From Trueperaceae bacterium (GTDB lineage: Bacteria; Deinococcota; Deinococci; Deinococcales; Trueperaceae): 64,000 nucleotides of DNA. The position numbers and the translations under genes were made by a program. How positions within the stretch are numbered: position 1 is the stretch's first letter; every line of letters starts with the position of its first letter. The notes beneath the pieces are model-generated. The model saw only the letters and a program-made list of their open reading frames with translations. It was not told the DNA's origin and did not search any database. The stretch lies in the NCBI GenBank assembly GCA_965213705.1, contig OZ243913.1, positions 512,001-576,000 on the forward strand, in the 5' to 3' direction. Shown in pieces: positions 27,262-37,444 of the stretch.

Positions 27262-28806
27262 GTGGCGGTAACTTTCCCCTTCAAAACGTATCGCAAGGGC
27301 CAAAAAGAAGCGATTGAGGCAGCTCGAGCCGCCTTTTCTCGGGGCAAACGCTTTGTGGTGCTCGAGGCCCCGACGGGCTCGGGCAAGTCGGCCATCGCGG
27401 TGACGCTGGCGCGCGAAGCTACAAGCGCCTACGTCCTGACCGCCCAAAAACTGCTCCAAGACCAGTACCTCCGCGACTTTCCCGACTTAGCGCTCATGAA
27501 AGGCCGCAGCAACTACCCCTGCCTCGTCGCGCCGACCCACGCGGCCGCCGCGCCCTGCATCGCCGGGCGCAAGTTCCCCGAGTGCGACGACTGTCCCTAC
27601 TTCAGCGCCAAAGACACGGCGATGGCGGCGAGCGGCACCATCCTCAACTACGCTTATTACCTCGCCGAACTGAACTATTCGGGCGGCTTCGGCCCTCGTG
27701 ACCTCCTCATCCTGGACGAGGCCCACAACGCGGAGGCCGCGCTGATGGGCTTTATTCAAATCACCCTGTCCGACACGGCCATGATGCGCGTCGGCATTCC
27801 CGAGCGCTTGCCCACGGCGATTGACGACTTGGAGTATTTTGACTTCGCCGAGGACGTTATGCCGCTGCTCGGCAGCCGCAGCCGCGAGATTGAGAAACAG
27901 GTCAAAAAGGATAACCTGACGGGCGATTTAGCCCTGGCGCAGATGCAGAACAAGCAGTATTTAGACAACCAACTCAAGCGGCTCGAGCTGCTCAAATACA
28001 GCCGCGATGAGGACTTCGTCGAGTGGGTGGTCGAGCGCGGGCGCGGCGGTGACGGCCAGTGGATTTCGTTCAAACCCGTCAAGGTAGCTTCGTTCGCCGA
28101 GCCGCTGCTGTTCGGTTTCGCCGACCGGGTGCTGATGCTCTCGGCGACGATTTTGGACGCGCCCACCTACTTGCGGAGCCTCGGCATCGAACCCGACGAG
28201 GCCGAGGTTATCGGCGTCGCTTCGGACTTTCCGCCAGAGAACCGGCCCATCTTTTTGCGTCCGGTGGCGCGGCTGACCTGGCACAATTTAGAAAAAGACC
28301 TACCCAAACTCATGAAAGAAATCGTCGACCTGTTCGAGGCACACCCGAACGACAAAGGCGTCATCCACGCGCACTCGTACAAGATTTCGGGCTACATCGC
28401 CAAACACCTGCCCAAGCCGTACCAAAAACGCCTCGTCACCCACTACAGTTCGGACGGGCGCGACGCGGCGCTGGAAAAACACACGACCAGCCGCGAGCCC
28501 ACCGTCCTCCTCACCCCCAGCATGACCGAGGGCATCGACTTAGCCGACGACCTGAGCCGCTGGCAAGTCATCTGCAAGATTCCTTACCCGTACTTGGGCG
28601 ACCCGCAGGTCAAACGCCGCAAGGAAATAGACGCCGCCTGGTACGACTGGCGCACCTGTTTAACGGTCGTGCAAGCCTATGGCCGCAGCGTGCGGAGTGC
28701 CGACGACTTCGCGGTGACTTACGTGCTGGACGCGGACTTTCCGGCGTTTTTGAAGCGGCAGAAGAAGCGGTTGCCGGGGTGGTTTTTGGAGGCGGTTCAC
28801 GAGTGA
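27262..28806 (+). CDS. DinG/XPD-family SF2 DNA helicase with a putative Fe-S Cys cluster
   Basis: 'EAPTGSGKS', 'KGRSNYPC...C...C..CPY', 'DEAH', 'LSAT', 'EGID', 'QAYGRSVRS'. Confidence 0.88.
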   Translation: MAVTFPFKTYRKGQKEAIEAARAAFSRGKRFVVLEAPTGSGKSAIAVTLAREATSAYVLTAQKLLQDQYLRDFPDLALMKGRSNYPCLVAPTHAAAAPCIAGRKFPECDDCPYFSAKDTAMAASGTILNYAYYLAELNYSGGFGPRDLLILDEAHNAEAALMGFIQITLSDTAMMRVGIPERLPTAIDDLEYFDFAEDVMPLLGSRSREIEKQVKKDNLTGDLALAQMQNKQYLDNQLKRLELLKYSRDEDFVEWVVERGRGGDGQWISFKPVKVASFAEPLLFGFADRVLMLSATILDAPTYLRSLGIEPDEAEVIGVASDFPPENRPIFLRPVARLTWHNLEKDLPKLMKEIVDLFEAHPNDKGVIHAHSYKISGYIAKHLPKPYQKRLVTHYSSDGRDAALEKHTTSREPTVLLTPSMTEGIDLADDLSRWQVICKIPYPYLGDPQVKRRKEIDAAWYDWRTCLTVVQAYGRSVRSADDFAVTYVLDADFPAFLKRQKKRLPGWFLEAVHE

Positions 28807-29180
28807 AGATGGGCTCGAGCCGCTTCTATAAAGTCTTCTGCGCGATTGAGAGTATCGTTCAGCTCGTCCAGGTCGGTTTGTGCGTAGAAATCATAGTCGC
28901 CCTCGAGCCGTAAGCCTTCTGCACTGATTAAACTCCGGTGATGAACTTGCCAGCTTTTGTCGTCTTTGGCAAATTCCCGCCCGAAGGCAGCTATGACGGC
29001 GCTGTGCCGCTTGAAGGTCAAACCTTTACTCAGCAGCAATGCAGTAGCTGCATAAAACATAGCGTAGTACACCCTAGACGCGGCAAACTCAGGAAACGTG
29101 TCTCGAAGCTCCCTAGCTGCGTCTAAACTTTGCTGCGCTTTTCGTAACGCTGCTTGTTCCGGTGACAGAGGTGGAGTCAC
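28797..29180 (-). CDS. HEPN domain protein (toxin of an MNT-HEPN pair)
   Basis: 'AASRVYYAMFYA', 'HSAVIAAFG', 'RLEGDY'. Confidence 0.88.
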   Translation of the reverse strand: MTPPLSPEQAALRKAQQSLDAARELRDTFPEFAASRVYYAMFYAATALLLSKGLTFKRHSAVIAAFGREFAKDDKSWQVHHRSLISAEGLRLEGDYDFYAQTDLDELNDTLNRAEDFIEAARAHLHS

Positions 29181-29485
29181 AAAGCGATGGCGTCTCTACG
29201 CACGTTCTCGGTGAAAGGCGTGTTCCACCCCCACCGTTCCCCGTCCATCACAACGACGCTGATGTAAGGTGCGCCTTCGCAGACAAGATTTGAAACGATT
29301 TCGGCGGAAACCTTTCTCACCGCGCGGCGTAACTCGGTGCGGGTCACAACAAGAACGTCAGCGTCCGAGTCGGCCGCCGCGTCGCCCCTGGCCCTCGAGC
29401 CGTAGAGAAAAACAGCCTCGACGCCCGCGCCGAAGCGTGCGAGAAGCGCACCTTTAAAGCTTTCCAGGGCGAGGTCGGTGGACAT
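29177..29485 (-). CDS. Minimal nucleotidyltransferase (MNT antitoxin)
   Basis: 'LYGSRARGDA..DSDADVLVV'; 4-bp overlap with the HEPN gene. Confidence 0.9.
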   Translation of the reverse strand: MSTDLALESFKGALLARFGAGVEAVFLYGSRARGDAAADSDADVLVVTRTELRRAVRKVSAEIVSNLVCEGAPYISVVVMDGERWGWNTPFTENVRRDAIAL

Positions 29486-29509
29486 AAGTCAATGTAGCAG
29501 TTTTTGAGG

Positions 29510-30349
29510 TCACAAAAAAGTAAACACCGGCGTCTCACCGACCACGGCAAAGCCCAACTCGGTATAGAGCCCAAGCGTCTCCTCACCGGCGTGAGCGTTG
29601 ACGGTCCCCAGCGGCGCTTGCTCGCTCATTTTTTCCAGGGCGTAAAGGAGCAGCGGGCGCAATGAGGCCAGCTCTCCGCTGCTTATGACGATGTTGAAGA
29701 CCGTTTCGTCCATCCTGGGCCTGGCGGGTTGGTTGACGGCGACGAGCGCGCTGAAGTCCTCGTCGGCCAGCCACAACTCCGGTACAAACGTTCCGCCGCC
29801 CCCTCCCTTCACCGCGTCCCAAGGCCAAGGGTGAGGCGTCAACGACTGGTAAAGGTTCTTGAACATCTTGTCCAAGCTCTCGGTCCAGCCGACGACTTTT
29901 TGCGCTGAGTGGACGGCGGCGGCGTTCAGCAGGCTCGAGGACATCTCAAAGTCCGTCGTTCTGGTATAGGAAAGGGCCTCGAGCACCGCCTCCAGACTTT
30001 TCCTCACGCTGGGTCGGTACGGCCCGAAATGGACGCCGTGCGGAACGCCTTCACGTTGCAGACCCGTGAAAAGCTTTTGTAGATGTCCGGTGTCGCTGAA
30101 GAAAATGTCCTGCAACCAGCCGCCTTCGTAGACAAAGCAGCCCGCTTGAAAACCGTCGGCGTCGCAGACGACGCGAAAGTCTGCGACGAAGTCCCGCAAG
30201 TCCTCGTCCGAAAACCCGCTCAGCCTCTCATGAGCGTATTGAACGGGGTCGGCCTGGTTTAGAAACCTGCCGTGAGCCTCGAGGTAGCCCCGTATTTCGG
30301 CTGTGTCGTTTAAACGTTTGTAAGTTGGGGTGCTCGGCATAGAGGTCAC
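29510..30349 (-). CDS. Hypothetical protein, possibly a degenerate GNAT fold
   Basis: 279-aa ORF with natural composition; C-terminal 'LGLYTELGF' resembles GNAT motif B. Confidence 0.6.
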   Translation of the reverse strand: MTSMPSTPTYKRLNDTAEIRGYLEAHGRFLNQADPVQYAHERLSGFSDEDLRDFVADFRVVCDADGFQAGCFVYEGGWLQDIFFSDTGHLQKLFTGLQREGVPHGVHFGPYRPSVRKSLEAVLEALSYTRTTDFEMSSSLLNAAAVHSAQKVVGWTESLDKMFKNLYQSLTPHPWPWDAVKGGGGGTFVPELWLADEDFSALVAVNQPARPRMDETVFNIVISSGELASLRPLLLYALEKMSEQAPLGTVNAHAGEETLGLYTELGFAVVGETPVFTFL

Positions 30350-30431
30350 TTTATCTCGGCAAGCCCCTCACTTTTTCAGATGAGAACAACCAGTTTAGCG
30401 AACTCCCGACTGCCGCGCCTCAACGTTTCGC

Positions 30432-30761
30432 CTAAACCAACTGTAACAGCCACAGCGCCCCCATCCCCACCAAAAGCGTCAACAAAATACTTCTGCTCCG
30501 CCAGGCGACGACGAGGGCGATCAAACCCGCCACGAGCCGGTCGTTTGACGGGCTCAAAAACAGCTCGCCGCTCGGGTAAACGAGGGCGGGCAACACAAGT
30601 GCCGACAACACCGCCGCCGGGACGAACCGCAGCGCGCGGCGCAGGGCGGGGGGCAGCTCGAGCCGTCCCGACAGCGCGATAAACGAGTAGCGCAGCCCGA
30701 AGGTGATAGCGCCCATGCCAAGGATGGTGAGCCAGACGGTACCGGTACTCAGGTCGGTCAC
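30432..30761 (-). CDS. azlD: AzlD family branched-chain amino acid exporter small subunit
   Basis: 'LRFVPAAVLSALV', 'VAWRSRSILLT'; GTG overlaps the azlC stop. Confidence 0.88.
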   Translation of the reverse strand: MTDLSTGTVWLTILGMGAITFGLRYSFIALSGRLELPPALRRALRFVPAAVLSALVLPALVYPSGELFLSPSNDRLVAGLIALVVAWRSRSILLTLLVGMGALWLLQLV

Positions 30762-31504
30762 GCGGCGCGGGCCTCTGTCAGCAACCCCGCGCCGATGCCC
30801 GCGAACGCGCCCAAAACGAGCCCTAAGTTGTTCGGCAAAGGATAGGCCAGCACCGCGACGACGCCGCCGACGAGCGCCGCGGCCGCCGTGGGGCGGTCGG
30901 TGACGTTGGGAAAAACCATCGCCATAAAAATGAGGGGCACGGTAAACCCGAGGGCGAGGCTTGCGGGCAGTTGCGCCCCGGCGAACACGCCCACCGCGCT
31001 GCTCAGCACCCACACTATCCAGGCGGGCGCGGCGACGCCCAGGTAGTACAGGCGGCGGTCCGGCGGCTCGTCTTTTTGAAAGCGCAGCAGGCTGAAGGCG
31101 AAGGCCTGGTCGGTGAGCAGGTAGGCGACGAACATCTTCCAGGGGTTCGGCAGGGCGCGCACGTGCGGGGCGAGAGTGGCGCTGTACATCATCATGCGCA
31201 GGTTGATCATCAGCGTGCCGAGCCAGATGACGGCGACGGGTGCGGACAAGCCGATAAGTTGCACCGCGGCAATCTGCGACGCGCCCGCGAAAACGACGAA
31301 CGACATGGCGAAGGCGGGCAGCGTACCCATGCCGACGCTCGCCGCAGCTACGCCCGACACCAGGCCGAAGGGCAAAATACCCAGCAGCGTGGGCGCGATG
31401 TCGCGCAGGCCCATAGCGAGGCTGGTGCGGGCCGCAGGTGTCAGGCGACCGTTTGTCCAGACTGAGTTGGCAAGGTTCAGGGTTTTGCGCCGACGCCGGC
31501 TCAC
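30758..31504 (-). CDS. azlC: AzlC family exporter
   Basis: 'PFGLVSG', 'FAGASQ', 'INLRMMMYS', 'LTDQAFA'. Confidence 0.9.
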   Translation of the reverse strand: MSRRRRKTLNLANSVWTNGRLTPAARTSLAMGLRDIAPTLLGILPFGLVSGVAAASVGMGTLPAFAMSFVVFAGASQIAAVQLIGLSAPVAVIWLGTLMINLRMMMYSATLAPHVRALPNPWKMFVAYLLTDQAFAFSLLRFQKDEPPDRRLYYLGVAAPAWIVWVLSSAVGVFAGAQLPASLALGFTVPLIFMAMVFPNVTDRPTAAAALVGGVVAVLAYPLPNNLGLVLGAFAGIGAGLLTEARAA

Positions 31505-31983
31505 TCGAGCGTCGTCGGGTCTGGGGTTGGGGCGAAAGGCAGGTGCGTGGGGCGCTCGAGGCTTGTCCTCAGCACCATCGTCGTCTGGGTGCGCTCGACG
31601 CCGTCCAGTACCACCAGGCGGTCCAAAAAGGCGTCCAGTTCCTGCGTGCTGCCGACCCGCACCTTGGCGACGTAACTGTAGTCGCCCGCGACCGCGTGCA
31701 ACTCCTCGACCTCGGGCAGGTTGACGAGGCGCTCGACGAGGTTCGCCCCAGGGTTGCGGGGCTGCGGGATGATGGCGACGAAGGCGCAGATGGGTAAACC
31801 CAGCGCGTCCGGGTCGAACACCGCGCGGTAACTGCGGATGACGCCCCCCTGTTCCAGTTTGCGCACCCGCTCGCCCACCGCCGGGGCCGACAACCCGACC
31901 GCCTTGGCGATGCCTGCGTGCGAGGCGCGGCCGTCGGCGCGCAAGATGCTCAAGATGTGTTGGTCGACGGCGTCGAAGGTCAT
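31501..31983 (-). CDS. Lrp/AsnC family regulator
   Basis: 'DGRAS...IAKAVGLSAPAVGERVRKLEQGGVIRSY'. Confidence 0.93.
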   Translation of the reverse strand: MTFDAVDQHILSILRADGRASHAGIAKAVGLSAPAVGERVRKLEQGGVIRSYRAVFDPDALGLPICAFVAIIPQPRNPGANLVERLVNLPEVEELHAVAGDYSYVAKVRVGSTQELDAFLDRLVVLDGVERTQTTMVLRTSLERPTHLPFAPTPDPTTLE

Positions 31984-32167
31984 GGGGTCAAGTATACGAA
32001 CATCCGGCTCAGGGCGCGTCTCGGCCGCTCGAGCAGGGTGCTTTTTGGGTCGGGTTGAATCTGAATGTAATTGATTGTCGGTAGTCAGTAGCTACGAACT
32101 CTACTGAACTACCGAATTTTTGACCGCTGAATTTTTGACTACCGACTTCTGACTCCTGCCACCCACC

Positions 32168-32854
32168 TCAGCGTTCGTCGATAAGTTCGGCGTCGTTGGG
32201 AATGTAGGTGACTTCGCCCGCGTCCAAACCCTGGTCGCGGGCGAAGTCCTCCAGGGTGAGCTGGGCGAGGACTGTGTCTTCCGGGCTGTAAAACGTCAGG
32301 ATGTAGGGCCGCCATTCGGCCTCGACGATTGAGGTGTCCACGTAAGCGACGAGCGCGTCCGGCTCTTCGTTGACGAAACGCATGTTGTAGACGTTGCCGA
32401 CCGGGCTGTCGCTGTAACCCGTCACGCTCGCCGTCCAGCCGCGAAACAGCTGCTCGGGGTTGAAGGTGAAGTCGAAACCCTGGTCGACGTTGCCGCCCGG
32501 AAACAGTCCGCCCAACGCGTCGGGGTCGTCGGTGGGGAAGATGGTGGCTTGGTTGGTCAAAAACACGTAGTTGTACACCGCGTCGCCGTCCAGCACGACA
32601 AAGTTGTCGGCCAGCGCGTCGGGCTGGATAAATTCGGCTCGAGCCGCCTCGACGTCGGGGATGACCTGCACCTGGACTTCCAGGGCGATTTGCGTGCCGT
32701 CCGGGTCGGTGAGGTTGCCGGTCAACAGAAAGCTCGCGTCTTGCAGCGTTTCGGCGGCGGTTTTGAGGTTCGCCAGCACCTCGTCGCTGCTCAGTTGGGC
32801 GTGGCTCAGGCCCGCCAGGGCGACGACCAGCAGGGCGTAGAAAAACTTTTTCAT
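32168..32854 (-). CDS. Exported LolA-like fold protein
   Basis: signal peptide; 'RAEFIQPDALADNFVV.DG...YNY.F.TNQ'. Confidence 0.7.
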   Translation of the reverse strand: MKKFFYALLVVALAGLSHAQLSSDEVLANLKTAAETLQDASFLLTGNLTDPDGTQIALEVQVQVIPDVEAARAEFIQPDALADNFVVLDGDAVYNYVFLTNQATIFPTDDPDALGGLFPGGNVDQGFDFTFNPEQLFRGWTASVTGYSDSPVGNVYNMRFVNEEPDALVAYVDTSIVEAEWRPYILTFYSPEDTVLAQLTLEDFARDQGLDAGEVTYIPNDAELIDER

Positions 32855-33110
32855 TGGACTCCTTAGTAAACGGTTTGGGTGAACGGGTTGAGAAAACGAC
32901 GGGTGCGACCGGCTCCGGCAATGATACCTTTGCGCGCGTCCGCGGGCGGTTGCGGTGACGTGTTTGTAAGTATCGCTCGAGATTTTCAGGTGCCCGGTGA
33001 GAGGACGGAAAACCCGTTCTTCACGTTCTCATGAAGGTGAAGAGACTTTTATAAACTCCACACTTGTTTTTGCGGGCGCGTGCTACCTTGGCGTTCAGAA
33101 AGGGGACGAA

Positions 33111-34349
33111 ATGAAAAAGTTACTCAGTTTGTTGTCTTTGGTACTGCTTTTCAGCGTTGCGTCCGCCCAAGAAAGCGTCGTCATCAGCCCTCAGTCGATT
33201 GTCGTCAACCCCAAGCCGTCGTTCAACGTCGAGGTGTTTACCGACCGCGACACCTCGGGCGAGGGCATTCCCACTTATCAAATCGGTGAGCAAATCACCA
33301 TCGGCGTGCGGGTCAGCTCGGCGGCCTACATCTACTTGTTCAACATCAAGTCGAACGGTGAGATTCAGCAGATTTTGCCGAACCGCTACGACCAGCAAGG
33401 CCAAAACAACTTCTTGGAGGTGGGCCAAACGCGCTATTTTCCGCGTCCCGACGCGCCCTACACCTTTGACATCGCGGGGCCGCGCGGCCTCGACAAGGTT
33501 ATCGCGGTCGCCAGCAAGGACCCGATTGACACCTCGCAACTCGCCAACTTCAGCCAAGACCCCAACTTCGCCTCGAGCAACGCGGGCGAACAGAGCTTCG
33601 CGCAGAGCTTGAGCATCGTCGTTCGTCCCAAGCCGCAAAACAGCTGGGTCACCGACACCGCGCTGCTCTACGTCGGCTCGGCTCCGGCCACGCCCGTTTA
33701 CGGCACGCTCAACATTACCTCCAGCCCATCCGGCGCGGAAGCCTTCGTCGATGGCCAGTTCGTCGGTTACACGCCGGTGCGCTACGGCACCCAGGCCGGC
33801 AGCCACGAGGTGCGCGTGCAACTGAGCGGCTACAACACCTTTACCAACGACGTGAGTCTGGGCGGCGGCCAGAGCCTGCGCGTCGACGCGTCGTTAAGCG
33901 CGGTGCGGCGTACCGGCTCGGTGAGTTTCAGCAGCCAGCCGCGGGGCGCGCAAGTCTACGTCAACGGCTCGCTCATCGGCACCACGCCGACCGCCGCCAC
34001 CACGCTCGACGAGGGTAGCTACCAGGCCCGCTTCAGCTTGGGCGGTTACAGCGACGCGACGACCAACTTCACCGTCAACGCCAACACCTCACAGTCGGTG
34101 TCGGGCAACCTGCAACCCCTGTCGGGGACGCTTGTTATCAGCGCCAACGTGGGCGGCGCGGCGGTGCTCATTAACGGCCAACAGGTCGGCATTATTCCCA
34201 GCGGCAGCGGCCGCCTGACGGTGCCCGAATTGCCTGTGGGCAGCCACGAACTCGTGGTCGCCGCGCCCGGTTTCAGGACCTTTATGACCGAATTTCAAAT
34301 CGACCCCGGTCAGACCACCGAAATTCGCGTCCAACAGTCGCGGCGCTGA
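33111..34349 (+). CDS. S-layer-associated DUF4384 + PEGA-repeat protein
   Basis: signal peptide, 'SPQSIVVNP', 'YIYLFNI...ILPN', three PEGA repeats such as 'TSSPSGAEAFVDG..VG.TP'. Confidence 0.88.
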   Translation: MKKLLSLLSLVLLFSVASAQESVVISPQSIVVNPKPSFNVEVFTDRDTSGEGIPTYQIGEQITIGVRVSSAAYIYLFNIKSNGEIQQILPNRYDQQGQNNFLEVGQTRYFPRPDAPYTFDIAGPRGLDKVIAVASKDPIDTSQLANFSQDPNFASSNAGEQSFAQSLSIVVRPKPQNSWVTDTALLYVGSAPATPVYGTLNITSSPSGAEAFVDGQFVGYTPVRYGTQAGSHEVRVQLSGYNTFTNDVSLGGGQSLRVDASLSAVRRTGSVSFSSQPRGAQVYVNGSLIGTTPTAATTLDEGSYQARFSLGGYSDATTNFTVNANTSQSVSGNLQPLSGTLVISANVGGAAVLINGQQVGIIPSGSGRLTVPELPVGSHELVVAAPGFRTFMTEFQIDPGQTTEIRVQQSRR

Positions 34350-34375
34350 ACAGAGTCTACAAGCCAGTGTTTGCA

Positions 34376-34416
34376 AATCAGCAAAGACGCCCCGCAACGG
34401 GGCGTCTTTGCTGATT
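34376..34416 (+). terminator. Long perfect hairpin after the PEGA gene
   Basis: aatcagcaaagacgccccg-caa-cggggcgtctttgctgatt. Confidence 0.8.
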
Positions 34417-34532
34417 GGTTGTTCGCAGTTCGTTTTTCGTTGTTCACAATCGCTGCCGAACAACCGGCCCAAACACCAGACGAACGACAAAAAAGTAACG
34501 ATGAACTACCCCGCAGGTATAGAATCAGTTTC

Positions 34533-35294
34533 GTGGACGCTACCGAACCCCTCGTCGCCGCCGTCGTGCTTGGGGGCGGCGCAGCCGAAGACGCCCTGGC
34601 GCGGGCGGCGGGGGTGGCAACCAAGGCGCTCGTACCGCTGGGCGGTAAGCCGCTGGGCGCGTACGTGTTGGCGGCGTTGCGGGAAAGTTGCCTTATAAAA
34701 CACGTAACTTATGTCGGGGCGTGCGCCGGGCTCGAGCCTTTCGACGTTTGTGTTCCGGCCGGGCGAACGCTCGCTCACAGTCTGGCGCTGGGTCTGGGGT
34801 CCGCGCTCGCGCAGCGACCCGCGCGGCTCCTCGTCTTGTCTGCAGACACTCCCTGGATAACGCCCCAGGTGCTCGACCGCTTCGTTGCGGACGCGCCCGC
34901 CGCCGACCTCGTCTATCCGGTGATTCCGCAGGCGGTCGCCGAGGCGCGCTTTCCGGGTCAAAAACGCACCTACGCGGCGGTGCGCGAAGGCCGCTTTACC
35001 GGCGGCAACATGACGCTGCTGACCCCGGCGGCGGTGGGCGCGCTGCTCACCTTTATCGACCGGCTTTACGGAGGCCGCAAAAACCCGCTGGCGCTGGCCG
35101 CCATTTTCGGTTTCGACACGGTCGTCAAGCTGATGTCGGGACGAATCACGATTCCCGAACTCGAGGCTAGAGCTACAAAACTGCTGGGCGTCTCGGCGCG
35201 TGCCTACGTCAGCCCCGACGCCTCGCTCGGCGCGGATATCGACAAGCTGGAGCACCTTCGGGCGGCGGAGTTGGCAGTACCGAGGACCGAGTAA
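34533..35294 (+). CDS. MobA-like NTP transferase domain protein
   Basis: 'AVVLGGG', 'KALVPLGGKP', 'SADTP', 'TGGN', 'DIDK'; TAGAAT 7 nt before GTG. Confidence 0.8.
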   Translation: MDATEPLVAAVVLGGGAAEDALARAAGVATKALVPLGGKPLGAYVLAALRESCLIKHVTYVGACAGLEPFDVCVPAGRTLAHSLALGLGSALAQRPARLLVLSADTPWITPQVLDRFVADAPAADLVYPVIPQAVAEARFPGQKRTYAAVREGRFTGGNMTLLTPAAVGALLTFIDRLYGGRKNPLALAAIFGFDTVVKLMSGRITIPELEARATKLLGVSARAYVSPDASLGADIDKLEHLRAAELAVPRTE

Positions 35295-35325
35295 AAAGTA
35301 CCGAGTGAGAGCTTCACCTTGGGAC

Positions 35326-36147
35326 TCAGTTCTCGGCACTGTCCAGCAGCTTTCGCAACCCGGTCAGGTCCTTTTTCAGCACGGCTTTTTCGCTGCGCCA
35401 TTCGAACGGCGCGCCGACGCCGCCGTACTCGAACGCGACCGTTTCGGGGGTGGCCCAACGTCCGGTGCGAATGTGTTCAAAGGCCCGCGCCATAACTTTC
35501 CAATCCGACCCGGTAAAGCCGAAATGGTCGCGCACCCGTTCTTCAAAAAAGAGGATGCCGGTGAGGTGCAGTTCGGCGAGGCGGTGCAGGGGCAAGGCCT
35601 CGAGGTAGTCCCACAGCGCCACGCCGGAACTTTCAACCGCCAGGTAGTGCGCGGCGATGCGGGCGTGCGACAGGTCGAGGAGCATTCCGCAGCCGGTCTC
35701 GGCGACGACGGCGCTCACCACTTCGGGCAGCGCGGCGGGGCGCAGGGTGTTCAGGGTGTGGCCGCGGTAGATGAGGTTTTCTGCGATGACGCGTTTCCCG
35801 AAGTGACCGGTCAAGCGCGCGACCTCTTTGATAAGCCAATCGGTGACCTGCTGGACGTCGTGGGGGGCTCGAGTGTCGAGCTTCATGTCCGGGAAGTTTT
35901 TGGGTGTCGCCTTCAAGTGGACGTTGACGTGAGGCGTGTCGGTCTTGTCCAGCAAGGTTTCGACCCTCGCTAAGTCGGCGTCTTGCAGCTCGCCCGTGAC
36001 GAGGGGGAAGTGGACGTAGACGGGCGCGACGCTTCCAGCCTCCTCAATCAAACCGTCCCAGTCGGGACACTTGAACAGGTCGACGTTGACGGCTCCGGCG
36101 CGCAGCAGTTCGGCGGCTTGCGGAGAGTAGTTGACGGCGAGCTTCAC
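35326..36147 (-). CDS. DUF692-family (multinuclear non-heme iron) protein
   Basis: 'HVNVHL', 'IAENL', 'MLLDLSHARI', 'ELHLTG', 'DH', 'FEYG' metal-ligand pattern. Confidence 0.7.
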   Translation of the reverse strand: MKLAVNYSPQAAELLRAGAVNVDLFKCPDWDGLIEEAGSVAPVYVHFPLVTGELQDADLARVETLLDKTDTPHVNVHLKATPKNFPDMKLDTRAPHDVQQVTDWLIKEVARLTGHFGKRVIAENLIYRGHTLNTLRPAALPEVVSAVVAETGCGMLLDLSHARIAAHYLAVESSGVALWDYLEALPLHRLAELHLTGILFFEERVRDHFGFTGSDWKVMARAFEHIRTGRWATPETVAFEYGGVGAPFEWRSEKAVLKKDLTGLRKLLDSAEN

Positions 36148-36280
36148 GAGTCGAGTCTACCTCGCACCCGTATTTGTAAGGGCGCGTAAGCTGAGGATGT
36201 TTTTGACGGGGTGAAGCGACTTAGACTTACCTTGTGAACAACCGGCCCAGGCTCGAGCCCCCTCTACTCAAGAGAAACGC

Positions 36281-37444
36281 GTGAACATCGCTATTCTTCT
36301 CCACGGCGGCGCGGGCGGCAGCGGCGTGGTCGCGACCGAACTCGGGCTGTGTTTTGCCGCCAAGGGCGACAACGTCCACTTCGTCGCCGACCGGGTGCCG
36401 TTTCGACTCACCGAGTTGGGCCTGCCGAACGTGTATTACCACCAGGTCGAGCGGATGACCTACCCGCTGTTCGACGCGCCGCTGACCACCCTCGCCGAGG
36501 CGTCGAAGCTGGCCGAAATTATCGAACAGTTCCACATCGACGTGATTCACGCCCACTACGCGGTGCCGCACGCGACCGCCGCGATTTTGGCGAGGGACAT
36601 GGTCAAAACCGTGCCGCGCCCGGTCGTGGTGACGACGCTCCACGGCACCGACGTGACCTTAGTCGGCCTGGACCGGGCTTACTTGCGCACCACGCAGTAC
36701 TCTATTGAGAACAGCGACCTCGTCACGGCGGTGAGTCGCTACCTGGCCGACTACACAAAGCTCGAGATGGGCGTGACGCGCGACGTCGCGGTGATTCCCA
36801 ACGCCGTCGACCACACCCGCTTTACCCCGCGGGACCAACCCGAGTTGCGCCAGCGCTACGCCCACAAGGACGAAAAACTGCTCATCCACATCTCCAACTT
36901 TCGCCCGGTCAAGCGCGTGACCGACGTAGTGCGGGTGTTCGCCGCAGTGTCTGGGCGTATGGACGCGCGCCTGCTCATGGTCGGCGACGGCCCCGACCGG
37001 CACGAGGCGTTCGAGTTGGCCTCTGACTTGGGCGTAAGTGGTCGCGTGTCGTTCTTAGGGAGTTTTCCGCGCATCGAGGACGTGCTCGCGGTCTGCGACC
37101 TGTTTTTGCTGCCGAGCGTCAAGGAGTCGTTCGGTTTGTCCGCTTTAGAGGCGATGGCGAGCGGCGTCCCGGTCGTTGCCAGCCGCACGGGCGGCGTCCC
37201 CGAAGTCGTCGCGGACGGCGTAACCGGCCTTTTGTGCGCCGAGAAAGATGTCGAGGGCATGGCGGCAGCGGCGCTGAAACTCCTCACCGACGAAGCCCTG
37301 CACGCGCGGTTCGCTCGCGCCGCCAGGAAGCGCGCCGTGACTGAATTCAGCGAGGGTAAAATCGTCCCCCAGTACCGACGCGCTTACGACGAGGCGTTGT
37401 CGAGCAGGTCGGACTTTCTCAGGCCGGCGTCGAGCGGCAAATAA
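36281..37444 (+). CDS. bshA: N-acetyl-alpha-D-glucosaminyl L-malate synthase
   Basis: '[11 protein letters not shown]', 'HAHYAVPHA', 'TTLHGTD', '[10 protein letters not shown]', 'ESFGL'. Confidence 0.95.
   Translation: MNIAILLHGGAGGSGVVATELGLCFAAKGDNVHFVADRVPFRLTELGLPNVYYHQVERMTYPLFDAPLTTLAEASKLAEIIEQFHIDVIHAHYAVPHATAAILARDMVKTVPRPVVVTTLHGTDVTLVGLDRAYLRTTQYSIENSDLVTAVSRYLADYTKLEMGVTRDVAVIPNAVDHTRFTPRDQPELRQRYAHKDEKLLIHISNFRPVKRVTDVVRVFAAVSGRMDARLLMVGDGPDRHEAFELASDLGVSGRVSFLGSFPRIEDVLAVCDLFLLPSVKESFGLSALEAMASGVPVVASRTGGVPEVVADGVTGLLCAEKDVEGMAAAALKLLTDEALHARFARAARKRAVTEFSEGKIVPQYRRAYDEALSSRSDFLRPASSGK

Noticed and set aside
27262..28806. CasDinG of a type IV CRISPR system
   Set aside because: No csf/cas genes or array nearby
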